Assembly: GCA_002633005.1 (NCBI GenBank)
Contig: NMRA01000769.1
Location: forward strand, 84,476-148,475
DNA length: 64,000 bases
Source: Phoronis australis
Lineage: Eukaryota; Animalia; Phoronida
Direction of reading: 5' to 3'
The position numbers and the translations under genes were made by a program. The notes below the pieces were generated by a model, which was given only the letters and a program-made list of their open reading frames with translations, made no database searches and was not told the DNA's origin. Numbering within the stretch: position 1 is the first letter of the stretch; each line of letters begins with the position of its first letter. Below are positions 12,319 to 22,744 of this stretch, piece after piece.

Positions 12319-14484
12319 ATGAAAGTGGCACCCTTTTGTCTGAGCCTTTTTGTCGTGTTTCCGGTTGTGACGTGCACAGCTGTAACTGAATCAGCGACGT
12401 CGTATATAAGAATTACGTGGCTTTCCCCGTCGTTTAGAGAGAACAACGGAACTGGCTTCGCCGACAAAAGCACATCGACTATAATACCAGGATCTCGTGC
12501 AACTGAGAAGAAAATGAAAGCAACATCTACGATAGGCGTGACAAGCTATTTCATAAATTGCACTGATGATGAAATGACGACCAACCTTTCAAAATTGGAA
12601 TTCAAGGACGAAATAATCTTTATTAGTTTGAAAGTTGAAAACGCGAGTGGTTCATACCCGACACAGTTTGTATGGGTCAAAAATAATCTAGGAAAAGCTT
12701 TTTTGTGCTGTTATGAGAAGTTCAAAAGCTATTCTTTGGTGCAAATTTTCCGTCAAAATTTCAAGATAGATTACATCAATGTTGCAGTATCATGCCAAAA
12801 TGACAACGAGAAACAGATATTCGCAATGATGTTGCATCTGTTCACTAAGATGTTAAAGGATGAAGTAGTGATGAAGAGTTCGACATTATGCGTCCCTAAT
12901 GTACACGGAAACTATCGCTGTTGTCAACTTTTTGACTGGTCGAAGTGCGCTTTAATCAAAGGGCCACTCTTTGAAATTACAGTACTGCTTATTACTTCTG
13001 CGTGGCTATTTTTTTCTTATCCTTTAAGCGTATCGTTTTTGATCCCTCGACAGGAACAAAAAACAATCGTTGATGACAAAGAATATATCGGTCTAACTGA
13101 AGTAACTCCTCTGCGATGGTCTCATCCCCTGCAGTTTTTTGTAATACACAAAAAAATCTCAATCATTTGTCGCATTGCTTTTATTATTTATGGCATTTGC
13201 TTTGTCTCGTGGGCTATTTTATATTTTTTAAACTTCTTATCATATGAAACATATGTTGATACACACTTGTTTATATTTCTTTTAGCACTTTTTTTATACG
13301 TCGGAATACCTGTTTGGATAGATATTTGTAATACTATTCACGAAGGAATTTTACGGGGCTCTTATAGAAAAACGTTTGAAGCAAGTTGGTTCGAGCTGCC
13401 AGAAAACTTCAGGCTCAGGGGACGCGTACATTTTACGGATACAGTTCTTCACAGGGCATCGTTAATTGGTAAAGTTGCATTTTGGAAATATTGTGTAGCA
13501 GAAATACAGGGATCGCGTGAGAGACGTCAACGATGTTTGGGTTTATTTTTCACACTTTTACCATTGCCATTTTTTCTAGTCAGGTATCGTAGCCTGACAA
13601 TTGGATTGAACCGCAAAAATCGCGGCCTTCTCTGGATTCTTCTTGTCCTTTTGCTACTGTATGTTGGTGTAAGTAGTCGCCTTCTTGCAGATTACTTAAT
13701 GTATACTCTCAAAGGGTTAATTACAAATCATAAGGACATGCACGTAAACTATTTGTGTATTCTGTTTGGAGTACTCTTCGTTTTGAAAGTTTTAAGTAAA
13801 GGGAAACAACAATACGTCAGTTACAAAAAAATAATATTCGAAAGCACCGAACACGTCTATCCTAGCATGTTTATTATAGAAGATGGTATGCCTTTTATAC
13901 CTAAACAATTATACGACCATGTAATTAACTCTTTGTTTCCTGTCGCCATGCACGAGATTATAGTTTTCAGTAAAATTGCCTTGGGCATGATTTTTTTTAT
14001 AGTCACTAAAGAGACTATAGATCAGTTTCGAATCGAATGGTCAGAACTGGGTGCTTCTGTTGTTTCGGCCCTCGCTTTTGCCATCCCAGGTATTTTGGAG
14101 TATTATAGCGTTGGGGATTCCATGAACGATTATCAACTAAAACATAAGGTTCAATATTGCATTAATGACTGGCTGAAAGAAAATATTATTGGTGTACCTC
14201 CACGCAAGCGGGATCAGGCACGAAGCACAGAAAATATCCGAGCACACCCTACTCCACCGATTAACCCCTTGTTCGGTCGTCAAAGTGTGTCTTTGCCACT
14301 TTTGATATCACGTAATCCGCGTCGCACCGAAATCGACCGCAGAGCATCCGACTCCGTGTTAACCGACGGAACGTACTGGGGACGAGAGGACTCGGATGCG
14401 GTCAACTTTGTCCAGACATGCTTGGTCTGTCACAGCGTACAGCAGCCAATCGATTCTCCTCAGGTGTCTTCACTAACGTACTGA
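12319..14484 (+). CDS. Uncharacterised multi-pass membrane protein (721 aa; signal peptide, Cys-containing ectodomain, about 7-8 TM segments)
   Basis: 2.2-kb uninterrupted ORF. The first ATG at 12319 begins a signal-like MKVAPFCLSLFVVFPVVTC, followed by multiple hydrophobic segments. A splice acceptor TTTTTCAG ending at 12281 suggests a 5' UTR intron. Confidence 0.85.
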   Translation: MKVAPFCLSLFVVFPVVTCTAVTESATSYIRITWLSPSFRENNGTGFADKSTSTIIPGSRATEKKMKATSTIGVTSYFINCTDDEMTTNLSKLEFKDEIIFISLKVENASGSYPTQFVWVKNNLGKAFLCCYEKFKSYSLVQIFRQNFKIDYINVAVSCQNDNEKQIFAMMLHLFTKMLKDEVVMKSSTLCVPNVHGNYRCCQLFDWSKCALIKGPLFEITVLLITSAWLFFSYPLSVSFLIPRQEQKTIVDDKEYIGLTEVTPLRWSHPLQFFVIHKKISIICRIAFIIYGICFVSWAILYFLNFLSYETYVDTHLFIFLLALFLYVGIPVWIDICNTIHEGILRGSYRKTFEASWFELPENFRLRGRVHFTDTVLHRASLIGKVAFWKYCVAEIQGSRERRQRCLGLFFTLLPLPFFLVRYRSLTIGLNRKNRGLLWILLVLLLLYVGVSSRLLADYLMYTLKGLITNHKDMHVNYLCILFGVLFVLKVLSKGKQQYVSYKKIIFESTEHVYPSMFIIEDGMPFIPKQLYDHVINSLFPVAMHEIIVFSKIALGMIFFIVTKETIDQFRIEWSELGASVVSALAFAIPGILEYYSVGDSMNDYQLKHKVQYCINDWLKENIIGVPPRKRDQARSTENIRAHPTPPINPLFGRQSVSLPLLISRNPRRTEIDRRASDSVLTDGTYWGREDSDAVNFVQTCLVCHSVQQPIDSPQVSSLTY

Positions 14485-14640
14485 AAAAAGAGGTGACTAT
14501 AGCTCCCTCCCCCAGCCCCCCATGGTGCTCCGCCCATGGCTTGGTGTTCACAATGTGTCTTTTGCCAATGCGAGTCTTCTGCATCTCATGCCCAGTAAAA
14601 TTGGATATTTGTACACCGCAGTTTTGCACCGACATAACCC

Positions 14641-14773
14641 GGCGTGCGTTCAGTAACGCTAGAACCTAGCTAAAATCTAGGTCAAAGTCACATGTTCAAA
14701 TTCAAAATACACGGCAATGTCTCACGTAATCTCTCCAAGTCTTAGCGAGGTCCTAGCGTTACTGAACGAGGCT
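14641..14773. mobile_element. ~140-bp MITE copy 2
   Basis: CGTTCAGTAACGCTAG...CTAGCGTTACTGAACG inverted termini; homologous to 6893-7049. Confidence 0.7.
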
Positions 14774-15057
14774 CATTCGAGCCCACATGATTTACAACCT
14801 TCGTATGGAATGATTTCGCTGACAATTTTTTGTACAGTGTACTGTCGTTAATATCAATGACATTCTTGTATCAAATACGGTATACCTCTCACCGTGTGAT
14901 GTTACATTTTTTCCTTTAGCAAGTTTTATAAATAGCATAATAACACGTATATTTTTTCTTGACCACAATTCTGTTTATCCTGTGTCAGCTTGCTTACAGC
15001 GCTAACTATTATTTGACAGAATAACTTGTAATTTTTAAAGGTTACTGTATAGCGTAG

Positions 15058-15297
15058 CAGTGGCAGATCTACGATTTCAGTAAGGGGGGGGGGTTTAGGA
15101 TTCCAGAGAATCCGAGGCGCGTAGCGCCGAGGGGAAGGAGGGTCGCGAGAGGGTTTCCCTCCTCCGGTGTAAGATTTTTTGGGATTTTTATTAGCTAATT
15201 TCGTTTTTCTGGCGATTTTTTTTCCAGTTTTTATTTTTGATCCTGTCCCGAGGGGGGGGGGTTAAACCCCCTGAACCCCCCTGTAGATCCGCCTCTG
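15058..15297. mobile_element. MITE with CAGTGGCRGATCTAC termini and 5-bp TSD (hAT5-like, inferred)
   Basis: TIR CAGTGGCAGATCTAC / GTAGATCCGCCTCTG; TSD CGTAG at 15053-15057 and 15298-15302. Confidence 0.85.
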
Positions 15298-16927
15298 CGT
15301 AGTATACAAATTTGTTAAGCGTTATTGTGTTCATCTTAAAGTTCGTTTGGCTTTCACTAGTTTTATGATGAGTAGTCTGTTTGCGCCTAAAGACCGCTTA
15401 ACTTTGTTCACACGCTCGCACGCATCACTGTGGTGCCTGTTATACTGGCGAAACGCGTCGATATCTGAATACACGTGTATATCTGGGCATTTGTCTAAAT
15501 GAAGTTCTAACATTCAAACAAGAATTATCATCCAGTATGTATGTCAGAATACTCAATGTCCAGTTTTAGTATCTTGGATAGTGCGAGGACAGACTATGGA
15601 CTTGTATATTCGGTTGTTAATGCTTTCCTGAATGTGCAAGTGGATCACCTGGTTCTCACACTGTTTTGAGGTTATTGTCTAGAATAGGCTTGTTTACCTT
15701 TGTGTCTCACACCTGCATGACCTTTTACTTGTGACCTTGACCTTGCTGGTTCTTGTACCTTTGTGACTGAGGAGTGCAACTCGAAATATGTCAGGAATAT
15801 GAAATTGTATACTATTTGGCTATTTATTAAATATTTCATTTAAATTTTGTTGTGTCCTTAAATTACTTTAACAGGTGTTTTAAAACAATTATTTCGTTGA
15901 CAATTTATCATTGCAGAGTGGCTGAAAAAACATTTAATGCTAACAAAATAAATTGGTATAATGTTTAAGTGGTGAATCCAGAAGAATTATTTAGGGAATT
16001 AACATCTACCCCTATTTATCAAAGTAGTTTGCTAGTTGAATTAGCTGTGTGGTAAACATTAAATGTTCACAATTGGTTTACTAGGAATGTTTCTCTGTAA
16101 AATGCTTGAATCACATACATGTACTAAATTTCAAGTTCCCGTTTTCAAATATACTATGTAAGAACTACAGACGAAAAATAAAGGTTATTTAATGACAAAC
16201 CCGTTCTCTAGCATCCAGTCAGCCAGTCAGTTGTCAGTTGTGAACTCACTGCAATGAAACGAACAAAATGTATCACATGCGCGCACCCTGAGGGGGGGGG
16301 GCTCGTTCGAGCCCCCATTTGGCAAAGCTGGCAAAAAAGTCCACTTCAGAGAAACAAAAAGTCCGAGAAAACGAGTTCTGAAGGTGGTCTTGCCGCTTTT
16401 TTGTCAGAAAAAGGTCCACATCGCCAGAAATTCGAGCCCCATATTAAAGCTATGTTTACATCAACTTTTACAGGAGCTGTACATGGATTATGCTTCACAA
16501 ACCATACATTAAAGGATTTTTTAAGAAAACTTTTACAGCGACCATCGATACAGTTCACTGATGGTCATGCAGTAGAAATATTTGTAAAGTTCACAACAAA
16601 ACTTAAGCAGTTGCCCATGAAGTGCAGAGAATGTTGTTCATGCATGCTGCATCGGACTGTTCTGGGGATCAAAAGCCTTTCTCAAATCAAAGAAATTCAT
16701 AATCCACAGTAAAATGGCCACAAAGGCCAGGAGCACTGAGCCAAACTAAATATTTTTACCAGAGTGCCATTCATTCAGCAACACCTGCATTCTACATTAG
16801 AAAACCATGCATTGTTATGTATGGTTATGGTACTGATAAACAGATGGCGCTCGTGGCCATCGCGTTGTAAGTACGAACAGAGACCGTAGCGTCTTTGGTA
16901 CGAAAGAATATGCCGGCGAGGTATTAA

Positions 16928-18603
16928 AGGAGAATGCCACCCGATTTAATTAGTCTTTTTTGCCGTCTTAATCGGTCTATATCCACATCGCCTCGCATAC
17001 GGTCGACCTTACCTTGCCCAGAGGTGTCGCGTTAACCTGTGAGGAAGGTGAGAAACGACGCTAGCGACGTCAGTGGTTCATATGCAGAGTGAATGCCGCT
17101 ATGTTGCGGTGCATCGTTCCCGCTTGTTCGCACTAAGCAGCTGCGAGGAAAACGGGTATATCGTTTTTTTTTAATTCCTCGAGAGTCCGAAATGTTTAGG
17201 AAGTGGCTCATGGTAGTGAAGAATGAAATGTACGCTGTAAATAGCAAGTATGAGGCCGTGAAACATCTCCGTGTCTGTGGCCTACAGACGTCGACAGTGG
17301 CCTGACGAATGCCGGCTTACCAAATAACTCCATACGTTCCGTTGCTTGAGCTTGTTCAAGCGCCTCTCTAGTATTTCTTCATCACTGCATTCCTGTTCGA
17401 ATTGATAGCCTGTAAATTTAACGATTCACCTGCGAAGTCGGGACTGATCGAGCTCTAGCTCGTCCTAAGTCGGGATTGCGAGTTGCCATGTTTGTATATT
17501 ACTGAGCGTTCTGTTTCAAAATGAATTATTCTCACCCTAACCAATACTTATATAAAACTCAAACAAAGTCTGTCTCATTAGATGCAATTTGTAATGCCTT
17601 TGGAGTGTTCGTGAGTGCAAATGATTTGAGAAGCCAGCAATGAATAAATCTATGCGTTACTAGATTTAGGTGCAATAAAACTAATTGACGGGACACCGAC
17701 GGAGGCCGTGTGAGCTCATGCTAATTTAGTGTTTGCTTGCAGAAATTGTTGTGAAGCGACTCGATTTCCATCCCACGGCCAGGTGTTAGGGGAATCTTTA
17801 TTTATATTTGCATTACTCATGATTGTCAATGTACAACTTCTGCCCTGACGGTGCTGTGGCTAAAGCGGAACCTGAATTCGCGGCTCCCGACGAGTAAGTA
17901 GATTTGCAGTTTCGTGGCTAATTCACCAACATAATTACCGTGCACCATACTTTGGGTCACTAGTATAGTATTTTTGACTGCAAAAGTTTAGTTTCCACTG
18001 AACTTTGGCTGGTTCATGTTCGTGATGTCTGATCAGTTTCCGAGCCACTGGCCGGGATAACGGCGGAGTCAATCCGGCCGGCCGCGACGGGCCTGATCGG
18101 GCTCCGGGCCACTGGCCAGGATAACAAGAGTTTTGTGTTTAGAACTCAAAATCACAAGTCTAAAAAACACAGATCTAGGTTTTCCTGTCTGTATCTCACG
18201 GAAAATACTTCGAAATTATCTCCGAACAGACCCAAACTCCTGCTACGGACCTTATTGGCCTGCCGAACTTTGTAGGCTACGGTGTGTCCAAATACCAATA
18301 AATCCGTATGAGCGAGTAAAACAACACGTTTTTATAAGAACTCGGTGTATTTTCAAGGGTTTTACATCAATGTTTGATGATTTATTGGTGTTAAACGATG
18401 ACTTCAAGCGATAAGCTGACACCAGTAACCCGTGTTGTGAACTGCTGAACAGACTGCGTGTGAAACCGATGACGTCATTGGATAATTTCAACACCTCCGT
18501 CTGCCTTCAGGTGTCAGGTAACGCAACCGTACGTGTCGTTATGGAGTAGAACTACTCGATCTAAATTGATACAAATTAGGTTGTTTTTAGGTGGTATGCT
18601 CCT
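16928..18603 (+). mobile_element. Kolobok-like non-autonomous DNA transposon with THAP remnant
   Basis: TTAA on both sides (16924-16927, 18604-18607); TIR AGGAGAATGCCACC matches 12/14; ORF 17093-17305 has THAP-like MPLCC...FFLIP...KW...LRVCG. Confidence 0.75.
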
Positions 18604-18729
18604 TTAAGTGGCACATAACATTTAGGCTGCGACCGCACTTAGGCCAAGTTTGGGGGCATTTTGTAGGCGGGCATTGCATGTAGGCTCAGTGAATGTGGTG
18701 TGTTTGTATTTGTGCACATGTTGTGAATA

Positions 18730-19226
18730 CAGTGGCGGATCTAGGATATCACAAGGGGGGGCAACATTTTGTCCGGCTGTAAGCATTTGTGCCAACCACG
18801 ATTGTAGATGCGCATAAAGCCGAATTGGGGGAGCATACCCCACTCCCGCCAAGGAAATGTTTCTGTTTTTTCCTCTAAAAATCAAGCATTTTCCATGATT
18901 CCTGAAGTATTATCCAAGAAAAAAAACACGGAGAACGTGTCAAACAGGAAAAACTGCATGTACCAGAGACTGGAACCCACAACTGGCGGACAGAGCGCGC
19001 GTGCTTTACCGCTACACCACCACGACAAACTGCTAATCTCATACTAAGAGACCTACTTGTTTATCGTCCACAGCGTTTGGGTGCGAAAACTACTTCTTTT
19101 TGTAATGCTTATTACACGTTTTATATTTTGTGCAATCGGTTCTTAACAATTTTTTTGTATTTAAAATAGTCTTCAAATGCCCAAAAAACCAAATCCGTTT
19201 TTCGTGCTGGCAATAATGACGGGATT
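18730..19226 (-). mobile_element. Truncated copy of the tRNA-cassette-carrying non-autonomous transposon family
   Basis: Begins CAGTGGCGGATCTAGG and is colinear with 54374-54902; tRNA-like segment at about 18965-19026 on the minus strand. Confidence 0.85.
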
Positions 19227-22200
19227 AGGCTAGGCAATGACCATCGCCTCTGTTGGCCCGAACCAGAGGCGATGCAGCTCCTATAGGCGCTCTGTACGCC
19301 GGAAGCTTTTCGGCGAATTATGCCTCGCACCATAGACTATATAATCTATGCTCGCACCGACTAAACCATCAAAGTCACGTTGTTATAAATACCTTATGCG
19401 CATAGAAGAACACCTTAGGAGGTTGTCGATGGGTGTAATTCCTTCCAACTCGAACAACGTCATGCGGGTCGACCAGTAAATGCTCGAGATCAGGTAACTA
19501 AAAGAATACCAAGCCCAGTTGTTAAAAGCGATTTCAATCTAGTCCTGTGAAACAAAATAATAACTAATGATTTTAGGCAAATTACACGGCATTTGTGGCG
19601 AAAGACTACCCAATATGTCACAGTTAGCTAAGTCCTGCTTTTATTTCTCGAGTGGGACGCCAATGGCGTATTATTAGGGGAAAGAACGAAGATTGGTTTA
19701 AATCACCAAAAAAGGGTTCAGTATCCTTTTAACATACCGTCAGGTAGTGTTTGCGGGTGTTTTACTTTGACAGCTGATCGACAGTTTTTTCTTTTTGATA
19801 TAAATTGGTGATTTTATTACGTCTTTGGCTCACTTCTTCAATATCACGTGCAAGGTGAATCGTTGAGTAACGTTGTCGCATACGAAATGATTACCGGTAC
19901 ATTAACAAGCATACGTGGGCTTCAAATTAGGCAAAACAGGAAGAAAACGTTATTGTGCGACATAAAATTAACAAACATAATGTAAATTTCTTAGTTTCAA
20001 CCAAGCGCTCATGGAGAAATTTCGGGTCAATCAAATGCCCAAGCTTGGTTTTTAAATCCTTCCCACGGGATGTATGATTCGATCTGGAACGACAAGCCCA
20101 TACTCCTCCGCCTTTTGTGGTAGTTTGCAGCTGTTCCGCCTACCTAATTAAATGGAATTTACCGGGCGACGGTGCCGTGTAATAGATTCGATAAAAGCTA
20201 GATAACCTCGAAATAAATCTTCATCGCTAACATTTATCTGCAGTAAAAAGTTCATCCTGTCGATTTTGCAGCTCTAGTCGTCTACGAATAGCTGTCATTT
20301 CCCACACAGGTAAAATGGAAACATGTTCATATCTAACAACCTGAATGTGCCAAAGAGAAAATTTGCTGTGCGAAATTTAGGAGTTATTTCGTTTCATTGA
20401 TGTATAATTGAAAACGATATTATCCATTTTGAAATGATGCTACACGCCGGAGAAAGGTTAAGTCAATGAGAGTTCTTCAGCAGTAAAACCTGCTGGTGGA
20501 CAAGACAATAGAAATACTCGCCTAGCTACTACCTAACACGATAAGAGAGGAAGATACAAGCAATGTTCATGAGGGCACTCAGTCTTAAAAATGGGAGGCT
20601 CCAATTTTTGAGAATATGGATCTTTTACAAAATTCACGGGGTACAATTAGAGCTATGAATTGTGCATTCGCCCAATTTTCTTAGCTCCTGCCGTTTTAGT
20701 GGACATTTGTCTCGTTTTCTACTTTTTTCGGGGTATTTTTTAATAATTGTTTCTCTGAGGTAGACTTTTCTGCTCACCTCGACAAATAGGGGGAGTGGTT
20801 TGTTAGAGCCCCCCGAGCTCCCGTGGGTGCGCGCGTGAAGTTTGATACAGGGAAATTTGTTATCATTCAGAGAACCAAACTGATGAGTAAGATATCTCAT
20901 CTCCCACGCTTGGCGAATGAGAACCCAATGCTTAAACTACATTTTGTAATCACTCACAAAGGCATCCAAGCTGTGAACTTCTGTCATGTATATTATGCCA
21001 AATGCCTTTATTCTGACTTCGACTGCGTGACTGATGCGAAAGTGGCGAATTTGATTTTTGAACATTATTCATCAAAACACTTTGGAGCTCAAATGAACCA
21101 ATGTTTCTGTTCAGATAGCGTGATTCGTATATGCATAGCCTCCTTTCATGAGGATCCTGAAGGTGGCGTTATCCTTGTTTTAAGATCTGAACACTAGATT
21201 AATCTACAGTGTGACCAGATGTCAATGAATGATTAAGAACACTCTCACCTCACAATGCATTTTGACGTGTACCCTTGCAGACGGTTCTCCACCAATGTTA
21301 CTTGACTGGAATATTGTGAAAATTTGTCCTGAGAATGGGTTAGTGACAATAAACCGAAACGTCGATTAATATGTCATTGTTAACATATGCGCTGATTTTA
21401 AAGTTCGTACTCATATTTTAACCAAAAACAAAAAGTGATCAGGGATCCTTTAAAAAACACGGCCTAAGTCTATCGGCCTATTTAATTTGAAGGACTTCTG
21501 GGCCATGTTAGTTTTTGTCCTCTTCACTTCCAACTTAATGGTCCCGTTGGCCCGAGTTAAGCAATCACAGTGCGCCAATGAAATTATGTTGGCGCCATTG
21601 GCGAGAAGCGCGCCTCTAAAACAATCCCCGAAATCAGGCCCTGAATTTGTTTCTCGAATATCCTCTCATGTGAAACAATCATACACCTCTATCATTTTTA
21701 CACAGAATACCACACGGAAAAATTCAGTGTGAGGAAATATGATAGCGCGTTATCTTTGTCCTATAAGTACCGCGGAATGACCATTCGTGAACCAGGCCTT
21801 CGACAACTGTTGACGAAGCCGTGTCCACGATGAACACGAATCGGATGGTGCTGGGTTTGGTGGGAATGACGTGTTTTCTCTTTGTTGGAGAAGCCACTGG
21901 GTATTGTTTTTCAATAGCTGACGGTAGGTTTTAACCATAGTATTAAATGTAACGTTGTTCGTTGGAAGTGCGCATCAACAGTTAAGACTGCAGTGAATAA
22001 TGTTTCAAACGGCAATGAACACTCATTGTGTCGAAGAAACTTAAATAATTATTGGGATCTACCGTCGCTATAAAATTGTCTCCGCTTGTCCTTCAGTCAC
22101 ATCAGAAACGGTTTTCATCATGCAAAGAATTGACAGTTCCGTAGACCTCGAGACCACGCGCGCTCGTCGAATAATGAAATGGTAATCTATTGTGACAAGC

Positions 22201-22589
22201 CATCTTCTAGTATAGAATGATTTAAATAATAACGAACTGTCACTTCTTTCCGAGCTCAGCAGTGATAATTATTTTGGTTAAGGGAGAATTTGATGCCGAT
22301 GTCAATCAAAATTTGTTTTTGGGACATAAGGCTGATTTATAGACCATTATTAAAAAGATCTCGTTGATATTCATGTAGAATACAAAGGCGAGGCTAACCA
22401 CGGCAACACTGATCATCACTGTCCCCACTTCGTGTACCGTCGATCTGTCGCTTGTACACGACTTAAAGCTGCGTTTCCTTTTGTTTAGCTACCACTTTAA
22501 AAATCATTCGAGTTCTAAGCTCAGGAGACAAACCCAACAATTGATTTGCTAAGTATTCAAGGGGAATGGTCACGTGACACACTTATTTG

Positions 22590-22744
22590 AATAATAATAA
22601 CAATAACAATAATAATAATAATGATAATAATAATAATAATAATAATAATAATTGTTATTATTATTATCATTATTATTATTGTTACTATTATTATTGTTGT
22701 TGTTGTTGTTTTGTTAATGTTATTATCATTATTGTTATTATTAC
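22590..22744. repeat. (AAT)n directly followed by (ATT/GTT)n microsatellite
   Basis: Directly visible; accounts for the poly-Ile ORF 22621-22863. Confidence 0.9.
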
